Part shown: positions 38,587 through 50,800 of the stretch, in pieces
Numbering within the stretch: the first letter of the stretch is position 1
Layout of the letters: each line of letters starts with the position of its first letter
Assembly (NCBI GenBank): GCA_964035545.1
Contig: OZ037772.1
Span: forward strand, 12,956,818-13,020,817
From: Bugula neritina
Lineage: Eukaryota; Animalia; Bryozoa
DNA: 64,000 bases
Direction of reading: 5' to 3'
Notes under the pieces: generated by a model
Told to the model about the DNA's origin: nothing
The model's input: the letters and a program-made list of their open reading frames with translations, nothing else
The model's database searches: none
Position numbers and translations under genes: made by a program

Positions 38587-39678
38587 ATCTCAGACTACAT
38601 AGCAAAATGAATACAATATAATACAATACGATGTTCTCCATTTACTGTGCAACTCAAAAGGTGGAGTTCTGTTCCAAGACATAGAACTTGAGTCAACTTT
38701 GAATAAGAAATGATAAAACTAGTGCATTCTCTTTGTATAAGGCTATTGATAATCTCGGACATCAGCTAAATGTATTTCCACACTCAGGTCAAGGGCGGAT
38801 TACATGTGATTAATTACGTAGTACATGATAGCCGATGAGGTTATATTATTAGAATGACAACTCCTGGTAAAATATTTTATTCTTACAAACCGTATGAATC
38901 TAAGAACCAAATAGTTTTTATTTATATCAATCTTATGATTTTTAAAAGCTATACATTATTTGTATTATTTAGCCAGACCTTTGTTGTCATGAGTTGAAGT
39001 AATATATAGTAATATATATGAGTATATTGACGTGATGTAACATGGTTATTCCCTTACAGTCTGCATGTACTCAAAATGCACTAAGAGTAAATACTAGTTT
39101 CCTATTTAATTGTCTTTGTAGAGAAATCATAGAAATAAAAAATTAAAACTATATTTCTATACCTATGTATTAATATTATAACATTCCTACTACCTTAACC
39201 AAGGTGACAAGTTCTAAAAGCAATATATTTCAGTATAATGTCATAACAATGTATATAATAATAATATAATATACACATATTATGTATACTGGTATGATAT
39301 CTGCAGTTTGCATGTATATATTGATATAATGTTATAAAAATATAATATTATATAGTATGCAACTATAATATAATATATAGAATGTAACTATACTAATATA
39401 ATATAGTACATAGAATGTAACTATAATATAATACAATATATACAATGTACCTATAATATAATATAATATATAGAATGTACCGGTAACTATAATATAATAT
39501 AATACAATATATACAATTTTATAGCTGCACTTTGTTCATGAAAGTCTCAAGTAATCAAATCAGAAGTTGCATCAAACAGTCAGCCCTCGCATTCTTCACT
39601 AATATTTGAAATTCTTTCCTCAATGAAGTTAATAATATTAAGTTAGACTAAGTTTCTAGTACATAAAATTATAGCAAT

Positions 39679-40860
39679 ATGGCTGGTTCCATTAGAGCTC
39701 TGCATGAAACACTCTGTGAATTAGTGAGCTCCAAGAAGATAGCTATTAGGGGAATTGGAGCAAACCAAAAAGGAAAAATAGTATTCTATTTATTTGACAA
39801 TGACAGCTGCGCTGTGAAAGGTATGATTGAGCACAACTACCATGAGAACCAGATGGAACTATATGACAACTTCTCCAGGTGCCTGCTCGTTGGCCGGGGA
39901 CATCCCAACCCCACAGCTGAAGTCTCCTTCTCCGTGTATTTACCAACCAGAGTAGGCGTGATGCAGATTGCAAATGGGGACCAAAGCAAGTTCTGTCTCT
40001 ACATGGCAAACAACACAGGTGCGGAAATTAATTTCCGTGACTGCTCATCTGAGGAGAAATCCTACAACTTGGCGGTACTAAACTCGGAGGACAACTCCCT
40101 TCTGATATTTGTGAACCGCTACTTCTCTCTTGTCAACGTTCAATACCAGTTTTGCCGCTGCCCTCTGATTAGAGTCCTCAGTATCTTCCTTGCCGTGCAG
40201 TTGTTGCAGAAGAAGAGTTACACCTGCATAGAGGGCCTGCCGTATCAGATCCTGAGTGAGGTGGGGCCTCAGAATCCCTTCCCACTAGCCTTTGACATTC
40301 TGGCTACAATCAACAGGTATATACTCATGGTGGCTGTCCAAACGGCCGACCACGGCGGCAGCAAGTATCTTTACTTGATCACTAAACAAAACAACATCCA
40401 GAATGTTGTTTTGGTCTGTCGGATTGTAAATCTGGAAGCTGGCCCCAGCATGTACATCGAAGATCAATACGGTAGAGAGGGATTCCGCTGTGACTCGGTG
40501 CGAGGGGAGCACGTCTCCCAGCTAGTCATCAGAGCATCTCAAACTGAGCAACACATAGGAACAGTGGAGACAAATAAGTTGGATGGACTCATCACAGGGA
40601 CCTCCATTACTGATGGCCACTGCTTTCAGCTGTTGCCTTTTCAGACTGGCTATAGAATACAAAGCAACAGTGGTGAAATTGTGGGCAGCCACTGCAAAAT
40701 AGGCTCATTCTTCCAAATCAGGTACTCTATGGATAAATATGTCCCACTATATCACCGCCTGGTCACACTCATCATGAGCTGGCTCAACTTCTCTGCATCA
40801 TATAAAATGATGGAAGAAAAAGTTCCTTTGGTAAAGATGCATAAATACTCCTCATTATGA
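39679..40860 (+). CDS. Intronless 393-aa protein, probably two tandem divergent scramblase/Tubby-C/LURP-one-like domains (paralog A)
   Basis: Long non-repetitive ORF, more GC-rich than its flanks, colinear with 41463-42641. The second half follows the phospholipid scramblase pattern (MYIEDQYGRE, QLVIRAS...HIGTV, YRIQSNSGEIVG, FQIRYSMD..., terminal hydrophobic helix). Family call is by eye only. Confidence 0.8.
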   Translation: MAGSIRALHETLCELVSSKKIAIRGIGANQKGKIVFYLFDNDSCAVKGMIEHNYHENQMELYDNFSRCLLVGRGHPNPTAEVSFSVYLPTRVGVMQIANGDQSKFCLYMANNTGAEINFRDCSSEEKSYNLAVLNSEDNSLLIFVNRYFSLVNVQYQFCRCPLIRVLSIFLAVQLLQKKSYTCIEGLPYQILSEVGPQNPFPLAFDILATINRYILMVAVQTADHGGSKYLYLITKQNNIQNVVLVCRIVNLEAGPSMYIEDQYGREGFRCDSVRGEHVSQLVIRASQTEQHIGTVETNKLDGLITGTSITDGHCFQLLPFQTGYRIQSNSGEIVGSHCKIGSFFQIRYSMDKYVPLYHRLVTLIMSWLNFSASYKMMEEKVPLVKMHKYSSL

Positions 40861-41462
40861 GTTATTTTTGTTAATCCACCAGTCAAGTCTTGATCAAACT
40901 GATTTATCTATGAAGTGCTGCAATAAATGTACTAACAGCATAAACAGCATATTACTTTCCTCTGATGAAAACAACAATCTACAAGTTTCATTGAGAAATA
41001 AGAGACATTTCTATCAGTTTACTAATTCCCTGTTGATCGGTGAGGTTTGTTTTGAGTTGCTAACCGGGCAGGCGTCTCTCTATTACTACATCTTTATTAG
41101 AGTTATATTCCAAACCTTTAACATGACAACTTTGTGTTTACTCTCTCTATATAAACATGTTGTATATCTGTTAGTTATAATATGCACTGGTTATAGTACA
41201 AGTGTGGTAATGGTAATGTCATGTATAAGGATATCATTTATTCTCCAGGAATGAGAGGTTGACAATTAGCTTTTGCTGTTTCAGATAATAAAATGACCCC
41301 ATGTGCTGTAAGACATGTTTATAATTAAAAAGCATAATTTTGCTATAAATATACTTTTATTCAATTCATTTACCTAAAATAGTTATAAGAAATGAAAAGG
41401 TTATAATTATAGATTTGCTTGTGATAAAACTAATGAAGATGCTTTGAATTGCAAATTGAAGA

Positions 41463-42641
41463 TTAGACTTTGGTTGAGTAAAGATGTTTCTTGATAAGAG
41501 GAAGGGGCTCATCCAGAATGTTGTGGAAGTCTCTAAGCAGTGTGTAACACATTAGCAGTATCACTGTTCTCTCACTGTGCGATGCGTCCACATTATCTGA
41601 CAGGAAACGTATCTTCCACCGGTTAAATGACTGAGCCAAGACGGCTACTTCTTTGTTTTGGCTTGAGACGATCCGATAAGTCTTTCCTGCCGGAGCAACA
41701 GCTGTAAATCTACTGCCGTCATCAGTGGTACCAGTTAATGTTTTAAATGGCTCAGCTGTATGCACAGAGCCAAGGCATTTGTGCGTCCCGGACAGCTTAA
41801 TGATGAGCTGAGATACCTCGTCATTTTTCTCGCTGTCACAATAAAACATTTCCTCTCCCACAGTGTTGCTGAAGAGCAGAAGAGTGTTGCACCTACTATC
41901 ATTCATAAGCCTGCAAACTAGAAGCAAATCCTGTGACCGGTCCGCGTAAAAGTAAACATATTTGTCGCCATAGTTCTCGTGTGTCGTCACAGTTAACATG
42001 ATGTTGAGCAGCCGTGTCGTTGTCAGCGTATCCAGAGCCGACGGCATAACTCCAACTTTTTTCTCGCTTAGAATATGTGGCATATGCCATCTTGACGCCA
42101 ACTTTGTATTTTTATCCCATAACTGCATCGCATAAAACAGCATCAATACTTGCAGAAAAGGTTCCACTGAGCCTTTAGCCTCACAAGTCATATTTACATT
42201 CAAGTGACTTTGTCTGATAAATATTTTTATGGTAGATTTAGAGAAAGTTAACTCAGTTAGTCCACGTCTAGGATAGGCGGTTTTAAATACTATTTTCTCT
42301 GATGACGGACTCGACGAACCAACAAATATACAGTCATCTTGTATGGAAGCGATGGCCCGAGACCCACAGTTTGTATTGATAGATACTGTGAACACAGTCT
42401 TTTTCTCGGGCCCAAATAACTGAGTGGCAGAGAGCAAGAGCCTGGCATTGTTATCGTATAACTTCATATCCCTACCCTTCACATCACACTCCATCATGCC
42501 TTTCACCTGTCCCGTGCCATAGTCGTATACATAGAAGACCACTGAACCCTTGCAGTTGACCCCAAAGCTGCGTATAGATATTCCCTGGGAGCCACAGCTC
42601 ACCAGATCGGTGAGAATTTGGTGTGCTGTCTGAGCAGCCAT
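41463..42641 (-). CDS. Intronless 392-aa protein, paralog B of 39679-40860 (tandem scramblase/Tubby-C-like)
   Basis: Shared blocks with paralog A: GxNxKGxxVFYxxD, VKGM, MxLYDNxxRxLL, ILSE, HxxxxKY.Y, LVCR, GxExFxCDS, VSQLxI, YRIxS, PLxKxHxYS. Confidence 0.8.
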   Translation of the reverse strand: MAAQTAHQILTDLVSCGSQGISIRSFGVNCKGSVVFYVYDYGTGQVKGMMECDVKGRDMKLYDNNARLLLSATQLFGPEKKTVFTVSINTNCGSRAIASIQDDCIFVGSSSPSSEKIVFKTAYPRRGLTELTFSKSTIKIFIRQSHLNVNMTCEAKGSVEPFLQVLMLFYAMQLWDKNTKLASRWHMPHILSEKKVGVMPSALDTLTTTRLLNIMLTVTTHENYGDKYVYFYADRSQDLLLVCRLMNDSRCNTLLLFSNTVGEEMFYCDSEKNDEVSQLIIKLSGTHKCLGSVHTAEPFKTLTGTTDDGSRFTAVAPAGKTYRIVSSQNKEVAVLAQSFNRWKIRFLSDNVDASHSERTVILLMCYTLLRDFHNILDEPLPLIKKHLYSTKV

Positions 42642-42969
42642 TCTAATGTACCAGACACGAGTAGCTCTTTACTCCACAACAGTCAGCATAACATGCATTC
42701 CTTTAGCATTCCTTCAACATGCCACATTCTTACAGTTAGAATTTCAGTTCCACAGTCTATTTCCTCCTATATTATAATTTATGTTATTTAAAACCCTGGG
42801 ATTATTTAAACTTGTAAACAGACTATTTGAAAGACTGTGCTTTATATTTCTTTCACAAGTAAAAAGAAATTTTAGTCATATTTGTTATTACAAAATAGTT
42901 AGTTTAATCCTTCACCGAGAACAGCTTCTACCAGCCTACGGGTCATTGGCTTGTACGTTCTACTAGAAA

Positions 42970-43220
42970 GATAACTTCAGTTACTAAAGCTACTATGGTT
43001 ACTAAGGTTACTTTTTTTACCAAAGTTATTAAGGTTACTACAGTTACCATGGTTACCGTGGTAACTATGGTTACTAAGGCTACTGTGGTTACCAAGGTTA
43101 CTTTGTTTACCAAAGTTACTAGGATTACTAAGGCTACTGTGGTTATCGTGGTTACCATTGTTACTATGGTTACTAAGGTTAACGTTGTTACTGTTGTTAC
43201 TGTGGTTACTAAGGCAACAT
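42970..43220. repeat. Degenerate 9-bp GTTAC(C/T)NNN low-complexity array
   Basis: Visible GTTACT/GTTACC periodicity; produces spurious V/T-rich ORFs on both strands. Confidence 0.85.
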
Positions 43221-43435
43221 GACCTTTTTATAAATTTAAGACTTTATTTGGAATTCTCAGAGTCAAAGCATCAGTTTGATAAGCTGCAGTAAATAGATTG
43301 GAGGTGAGGATTGTGTAGCTGGAGGACTGAATGCTGCTTGCAAGAGAGACATCTGTTGAGAGTATTCCAATTTGCTTGAGTGTTATTCTGACTATTGTGG
43401 TCCAACTCAATCTCCCTGATCCAGCTCTGGTCCAG

Positions 43436-46400
43436 TTAGGTAACTTTGGGCCTTTTGCTTTTAGAGCCTTTCTTCTCCGGAGATACCGGAGAGTCTTGTG
43501 TCGGTTTTGTCTTGCTTCTGTTGGTGTCAGTTGACTGGGCAGACTTCCTCTTGTGAATTGACTGCGAGACTACAGCGATACTTCCTGTTTTCTGGCGGGT
43601 AGTGTTGGCAGTCTGCAAAATAGTAAGACGATTAAATGACACATTCTAAGTTGATTGTATGTGTACTCAGTAGTTAGTATAACACAGCAGCATAACATAA
43701 GATATCAATATAAGTTCTAATATAATACATAACAGTATATCATATATTATAATATAAAACAATAACATAATAAAACAATAAAATATAACATAAGCCCACC
43801 ACTTGTCCGATGAGACTGGCTTGACCTCTAGGAGTAGACTCTGCTTCACCAACACTAACTCGAGCTGACTTCCACGTCTCCTGGTATTCCGGAATAATCT
43901 GTGGGACATCTGGACGATAGTCGTCTGCTCTCGTAATAACACCAAACTTGTGTTTATAGTAAGACTAAGTAGTGTCTGTATACTCTCTTCATATACTAGT
44001 GTGAGTACTAGTAGTTTATGTTACTAGTAGTTTATATTACTAGTAGTTTATATTACTAGTAGTATATATTACTAGTAGTATATTACTAATAGTTTATATT
44101 ACTAATATTATATGACTAGTTGTATATTACTAGGGAGGTTTTACCGGCTTTGAACTTTTTCCAGATGACGTAGAGACGATAGGCCTGCAGCAGAATCACG
44201 AGTCCATTCTTAGAGGCGAAGAACATGTTAGTGTAGGTAATGATCCTGTAACCTACGAGAGAAGAACATATTAGTGTAGGTAATGATCCTGTAACCTACG
44301 AGAGAAGAACATATTATATGTAGAGTATATTACAGAGTATATGACAGAGTATATGACAGAGTATATTACAGAGTATATTACTGAGTATATTACAGAGTAT
44401 ATTACAGAGTATATTCTCACCGACAATGGAGATGAGGCGCACCGTAATAAACGGGATGTCCTGAAGCACCAACTCGATCACAGCAGCCGTGACATCCTGA
44501 AATAGACCGGAAACTTCTGACTAACACAATTACTTGAGATGTTGACATACTAACAGACTATATACCTGCAGGTGTTATCTGATAGACTATAGCATATTAT
44601 ATTCTCTTCCCTATAGACTGAACTATTGCTATGGTGTACAACAGCTTCAAGTCTTCAACACAATATTGTTTATAGTATTCTACAAGTAACTACAGAGTCC
44701 TACTGACACAAATAGGTGATGCTACATTACAGTTGGTAGGTAAAGATAACGAAGGAATTGTCCCCTCACCCTGTGAGTGACAAAAGCGACAATGTTGTGA
44801 ACATTGCGGGCTCTCTTGGTAACCCCGACAGAAGTGAAGATGAGAACAAACTGGAGCAGACTGATGGTGTAAGCTAACAGCGTGCCGTACACCAATTCTG
44901 TCTGCTCGAGGATTGCCTTCTCCTTGAATATCTCCAGCACTTCGAGGATATCTGAGGCGTAGGCCAGATAGACAAACAGGATCTGCGGGGAAGATGGAAA
45001 ACACTTGGTACTCTGACAAACGTTAGACTAGGTATATGATTATATTACAACTATCAAATAGAAACATTGGTGTAGTCGGGATTTAATTGGTAATATCAAA
45101 AGCTGTATTATTCACAGAATCTAAAACAAAACTTCCAAAACTAATCTGGGAGAAAATACCGACAGCGATGTAAGAGTTGTATGACTAAAACCGGTGCTTT
45201 CGACTAAACAATTCAACAGGAAACATAGAAAACGTGGAAACATTTTTAAAAAATACCCGAATATTTACATTTAGTTGTTAAAATCTCATCAGTTTACGGC
45301 AACAACGTGTATATTATACACTAGAATATAATATTTATTATATGATAGAATATATTATAAATTATATGATAGAATATTTTTTACGCTGGAATTTCATAAA
45401 AGAAGCAGAAGGAATGCAGTGTGTATCAATTAAAGTAATGTGATACATATAATATTATATGATTTAAAAAAGTTAATGTAATATTAGTTTACACAAAGTT
45501 GAATACCTGAGAGACCTGCTCATGACTGAGGTCACCCTTAGGCAGCAGCCATCTGCCAAATATCAGCAGCACCATCAGGGACTGCTCCACGCCGTTCACC
45601 CACTCGTTAGACGAATACGTGATCTTCTGCGGCCTCAACTGCAGCAGACAGTGTAATACCGTATAAGTAATACTGTATAAGTAATACTGTATAAGTAATG
45701 CTGTATAAGTAATACTGTGTAAGTAATACCGTATAAGTAATACCGTATAAGTAATACCGTATAAGTAATACCATATAAGTAATACCGTATAAGTAATACT
45801 GTATAAGTAATGCTGTATAAGTAATACTGTGTAAGTAATACCGTATAAGTAATACCGTATAAGTAATATCGTATAAGTAATACCGTATAAGTAATACCGT
45901 ATAAGTAATACCGTATAAGTAATACCATACAAGTAATACCGTATAAGTAATATTGTATAAGAAATACTGTATAAAGAAACAGGAAACACACACCCCGGGA
46001 ATGTCAATATTCGTGATCTGTGTATCCGTCACATCCTGTGACTGCTCTTTAGCTAGAATGTCGAGTTTGTTGAGCTCCAAGTACCAGATGCAGGGCACCA
46101 CACTCAGCAGGTAAAACAGGAAAGACGGGCAGTACCTACAACCCCCGTAATCAGTCTACAGTCTCAGTCTACAATCTCAGACTATGCTACTAGTCGCTAC
46201 TAATTGATGTCTTACCACAACTTCCACTCCGCCCCGTGTCTCTTTATCATCACGTACACGACCTCAATAATCAGAGGGATGAGGGTACAGCCCAGGGCCC
46301 AGTAGATGTCATTCTCATATATCACAGTCACTCTCCACACGGCTATCCCAGCGTGAACTGAAAATAATATGTTCAGAGTAGTGAGTGTAATTTCTACTCC

Positions 46401-46613
46401 ACTAATACTTGCCTATAGAGAGGGGACAACTCACACATAAAGAGTAGACAACTCACACATAAAGAGCAGACAACTCACACATAGAAGGCAGACAACTAAC
46501 TAACAGAGGGCAGACAACTCACCCATAAAGAGCAGACGTGTGAGAAGAGCCTTGAATATGGAGAAGTACGCCCAGATTGGTGACTCATAATCATCCAGCC
46601 CGAGTCCATCCAT
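43436..46613 (-). CDS. TMEM26: Transmembrane protein 26-like multipass membrane protein, about 401 aa
   Basis: Exons 46613-46523, 46357-46216, 46135-45994, 45638-45507, 44982-44770, 44496-44421, 44252-44145, 43924-43800 (boundaries least certain) and 43612-43436 are in frame. TMEM26-family motifs: KALLTRLLF, WYCPSFLFYLLSVVPCIWYLEL, EQSLMVLLIFGRWLLPKGD, ASDILE, LQDIPFITVRL, FFASKN. Confidence 0.88.
45652..45972. repeat. 14-bp minisatellite GTATAAGTAATAC(C/T) in a TMEM26 intron
   Basis: Visible array of about 22 copies. Confidence 0.95.
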
Positions 46614-47845
46614 GGTCACAGTGAATCTCTTCTACTAAGTAACCATGGTAACAACAATAACAACACGATATAGTAACCATGGTAACAACAATAACAACAC
46701 GATATAGTAACTATGGTAACAACATGGCTTTTATCTCATTATGCTGATGCATGCTTGAAATAAAAGTAGAAGAAGTGCCCTAACCTGCAGTTTATACTAA
46801 TTTAAATCATCATGCAGTAAACTTAACTTAGTTAACAGCTTCAACCCCAGCAATACTCTCTACTAATTCCCTATAACATTCCTAATTTATAAATTACACT
46901 TTATTTTTTAAAAATAAACCAAGTGGATTAAAATAGAAACACAAGAAACAACTTACAATCTCACCTGAATATTCTCCACTCCGCAAATTGGCTTGGAGAA
47001 GCTAGACACATCACGTGCAACAATTTGAGTTAGCAGCCGGTTAGTTTGTTGATTGTTGCATATTGAATAGCACCCTATCAGTATGTGTGCTGCATGCATA
47101 CCTTTGTGTTAGGAGGTAGAAACGATTCTACTTGCTAGAGATAATTAAAACTAAAGCAGATATCTATGGTCATTGCATTCAGTAGAAATTGAAAGTACAT
47201 ACTAACACTATGTATTGGCTTAACGAATTTAAATTATTTTATAGTTGATGGGAACTTTTGTCTAAACAAAACTGTAAACAATTTTAATACAACTTAATAC
47301 AAATATGATATCGTACTATAAAATATTATATATATATATATATTATACAACTATGTATAAGTTGTTATATGCTGAGCTATTGGTAACTATGGTTATGAGA
47401 TAATTCTGCTTCCATGCGTCGAGTGAGTCATGAAGAGACAATCACTTCCGAATTGGATGACTCAACTCTTTAGTTAGTGGAGGGTAGAAAACTTCACACT
47501 CTCTCAAAAAGCTTGTTACGGATGTGGCAACGCTGAGTCTGCAGTCACCAAAGACATGTTGTGAATCTCCAACTCATCGTCAGAGTGAAGAACGGGAATG
47601 AACTCGCAATATCTGAAAACAACCACAACAGGGTGATTAACATTCAGTCTATCCTCTGCATCACAGTTGGATTACATGACTTGTATTATCTACAGCCATT
47701 ATCAGGTAAACTCCTTGATATAATTCACCTGCAATACGATTCAGAGCTCCATGTTGGATGTTCTGAAGGCCAACTCTCTAGTAATCAACTCTATAGACAG
47801 TCTTCTACTGAGATGAATCTGTAGACACATGACTAGACACACATC

Positions 47846-50800
47846 TAATAGACTCTATACTATTCTACTTGTAATATACTCTATACTATTCTACTTGTAA
47901 TATACTCTATACTATTCTACTTGTAATATACTCTCTACTATTCTACTTGTAATATACTCTATACTATTCTACTTGTAATATACTCTATACTATTCTACTT
48001 GTAATATACTCTATACTATTCTACTTCTAATATACTCTATACTATTCTACTTGTAATATACTCTATACTATTCTACTTGTAATATACTCTATACTATTCT
48101 ACTTGTAATATACTCTATACTATTCTACTTGTAATATACTCTCTACTATTCTACTTGTAATATACTCTATACTATTCTACTTGTAATATACTCTCTACTA
48201 TTCTACTTGTAATATACTCTATACTATTCTACTTGTAATATACTCTATACTATTCTACTTGTAATATACTCTATACTATTCTACTTGTAATATACTCTAT
48301 ACTATTCTACTTGTAATATACTCTATACTATTCTACTTGTAATATACTCTATACTATTCTACTTGTAATATACTCTATACTATTCTACTTGTAATATACT
48401 CTATACTATTCTACTTGTAATATACTCTATACTATTCTACTTGTAATATACTCTATACTATTCTACTTGTAATATACTCTATACTATTCTACTTGTAATA
48501 TACTCTATACTATTCTACTTGTAATATACTCTATACTATTCTACTTGTAATATACTCTATACTATTCTACTTGTAATATACTCTATACTATTCTACTTGT
48601 AATATACTCTATACTATTCTACTTGTAATATACTCTATACTATTCTACTTGTAATATACTCTATACTATTCTACTTGTAATATACTCTATACTATTCTAC
48701 TTGTAATATACTCTATACTATTCTACTTGTAATATACTCTATACTATTCTACTTGTAATATACTCTATACTATTCTACTTATAATATACTCTATACTATT
48801 CTACTTGTAATATACTCTATACTATTCTACTTGTAATATACTCTATACTATTCTACTTGTAATATACTCTATACTATTCTACTTGTAATATACTCTATAC
48901 TATTCTACTTGTAATATACTCTATACTATTCTACTTGTAATATACTCTATACTATTCTACTTGTAATATACTCTATACTATTCTACTTGTAATATACTCT
49001 ATACTATTCTACTTGTAATATACTCTATACTATTCTACTTGTAATATACTCTATACTATTCTACTTGTAATATACTCTATACTATTCTACTTGTAATATA
49101 CTCTATACTATTCTACTTGTAATATACTCTATACTATTCTACTTGTAATATACTCTATACTATTCTACTTGTAATATACTCTATACTATTCTACTTGTAA
49201 TATACTCTATACTATTCTACTTGTAATATACTCTATACTATTCTACTTGTAATATACTCTATACTATTCTACTTGTAATATACTCTATACTATTCTACTT
49301 GTAATATACTCTATACTATTCTACTTGTAATATACTCTATACTATTCTACTTGTAATATACTCTATACTATTCTACTTGTAATATACTCTATACTATTCT
49401 ACTTGTAATATACTCTATACTATTCTACTTGTAATATACTCTATACTATTCTACTTGTAATATACTCTATACTATTCTACTTGTAATATACTCTATACTA
49501 TTCTACTTGTAATATACTCTATACTATTCTACTTGTAATATACTCTATACTATTCTACTTGTAATATACTCTATACTATTCTACTTGTAATATACTCTAT
49601 ACTATTCTACTTGTAATATACTCTATACTATTCTACTTATAATATACTCTATACTATTCTACTTGTAATATACTCTATACTATTCTACTTGTAATATACT
49701 CTATACTATTCTACTTGTAATATACTCTATACTATTCTACTTGTAATATACTCTATACTATTCTACTTGTAATATACTCTATACTATTCTACTTGTAATA
49801 TACTCTATACTATTCTACTTGTAATATACTCTATACTATTCTACTTGTAATATACTCTATACTATTCTACTTGTAATATACTCTATACTATTCTACTTAT
49901 AATATACTCTATACTATTCTACTTGTAATATACTCTATACTATTCTACTTGTAATATACTCTATACTATTCTACTTGTAATATACTCTATACTATTCTAC
50001 TTGTAATATACTCTATACTATTCTACTTGTAATATACTCTATACTATTCTACTTGTAATATACTCTATACTATTCTACTTGTAATATACTCTATACTATT
50101 CTACTTGTAATATACTCTATACTATTCTACTTGTAATAGACTCTATACTATTCTACTTGTAATATACTCTATACTATTCTACTTGTAATAGACTCTATAC
50201 TATTCTACTTGTAATATACTCTATACTATTCTACTTGTAATATACTCTATACTATTCTACTTGTAATATACTCTATACTATTCTACTTGTAATATACTCT
50301 ATACTATTCTACTTGTAATATACTCTATACTATTCTACTTGTAATATACTCTATACTATTCTACTTGTAATATACTCTATACTATTCTACTTGTAATATA
50401 CTCTATACTATTCTACTTGTAATATACTCTATACTATTCTACTTGTAATATACTCTATACTATTCTACTTGTAATATACTCTATACTATTCTACTTGTAA
50501 TATACTCTATACTATTCTACTTGTAATATACTCTATACTATTCTACTTGTAATATACTCTATACTATTCTACTTCTAATATACTCTATACTATTCTACTT
50601 GTAATATACTCTATACTATTCTACTTGTAATATACTCTATACTATTCTACTTGTAATAGACTCTATACTATTCTACTTGTAATATACTCTATACTATTCT
50701 ACTTGTAATATACTCTATACTATTCTACTTGTAATATACTCTATACTATTCTACTTGTAATATACTCTATACTATTCTACTTGTAATATACTCTATACTA

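Noticed and set aside
40868-41254. 128-aa ORF directly after paralog A
   Set aside because: Non-ATG start, AT-rich 3' UTR-like composition, a different frame from paralog A, and no recognisable motif.
43925-43980. Apparent in-frame TAG (possible readthrough) in TMEM26 if the acceptor at 43975 were used
   Set aside because: A downstream in-phase CAG acceptor at 43924 gives an open frame without needing readthrough.
45489-46101. Tyr-rich overlapping ORFs
   Set aside because: Only the TMEM26 exon portions are real; the rest is a 14-bp minisatellite.
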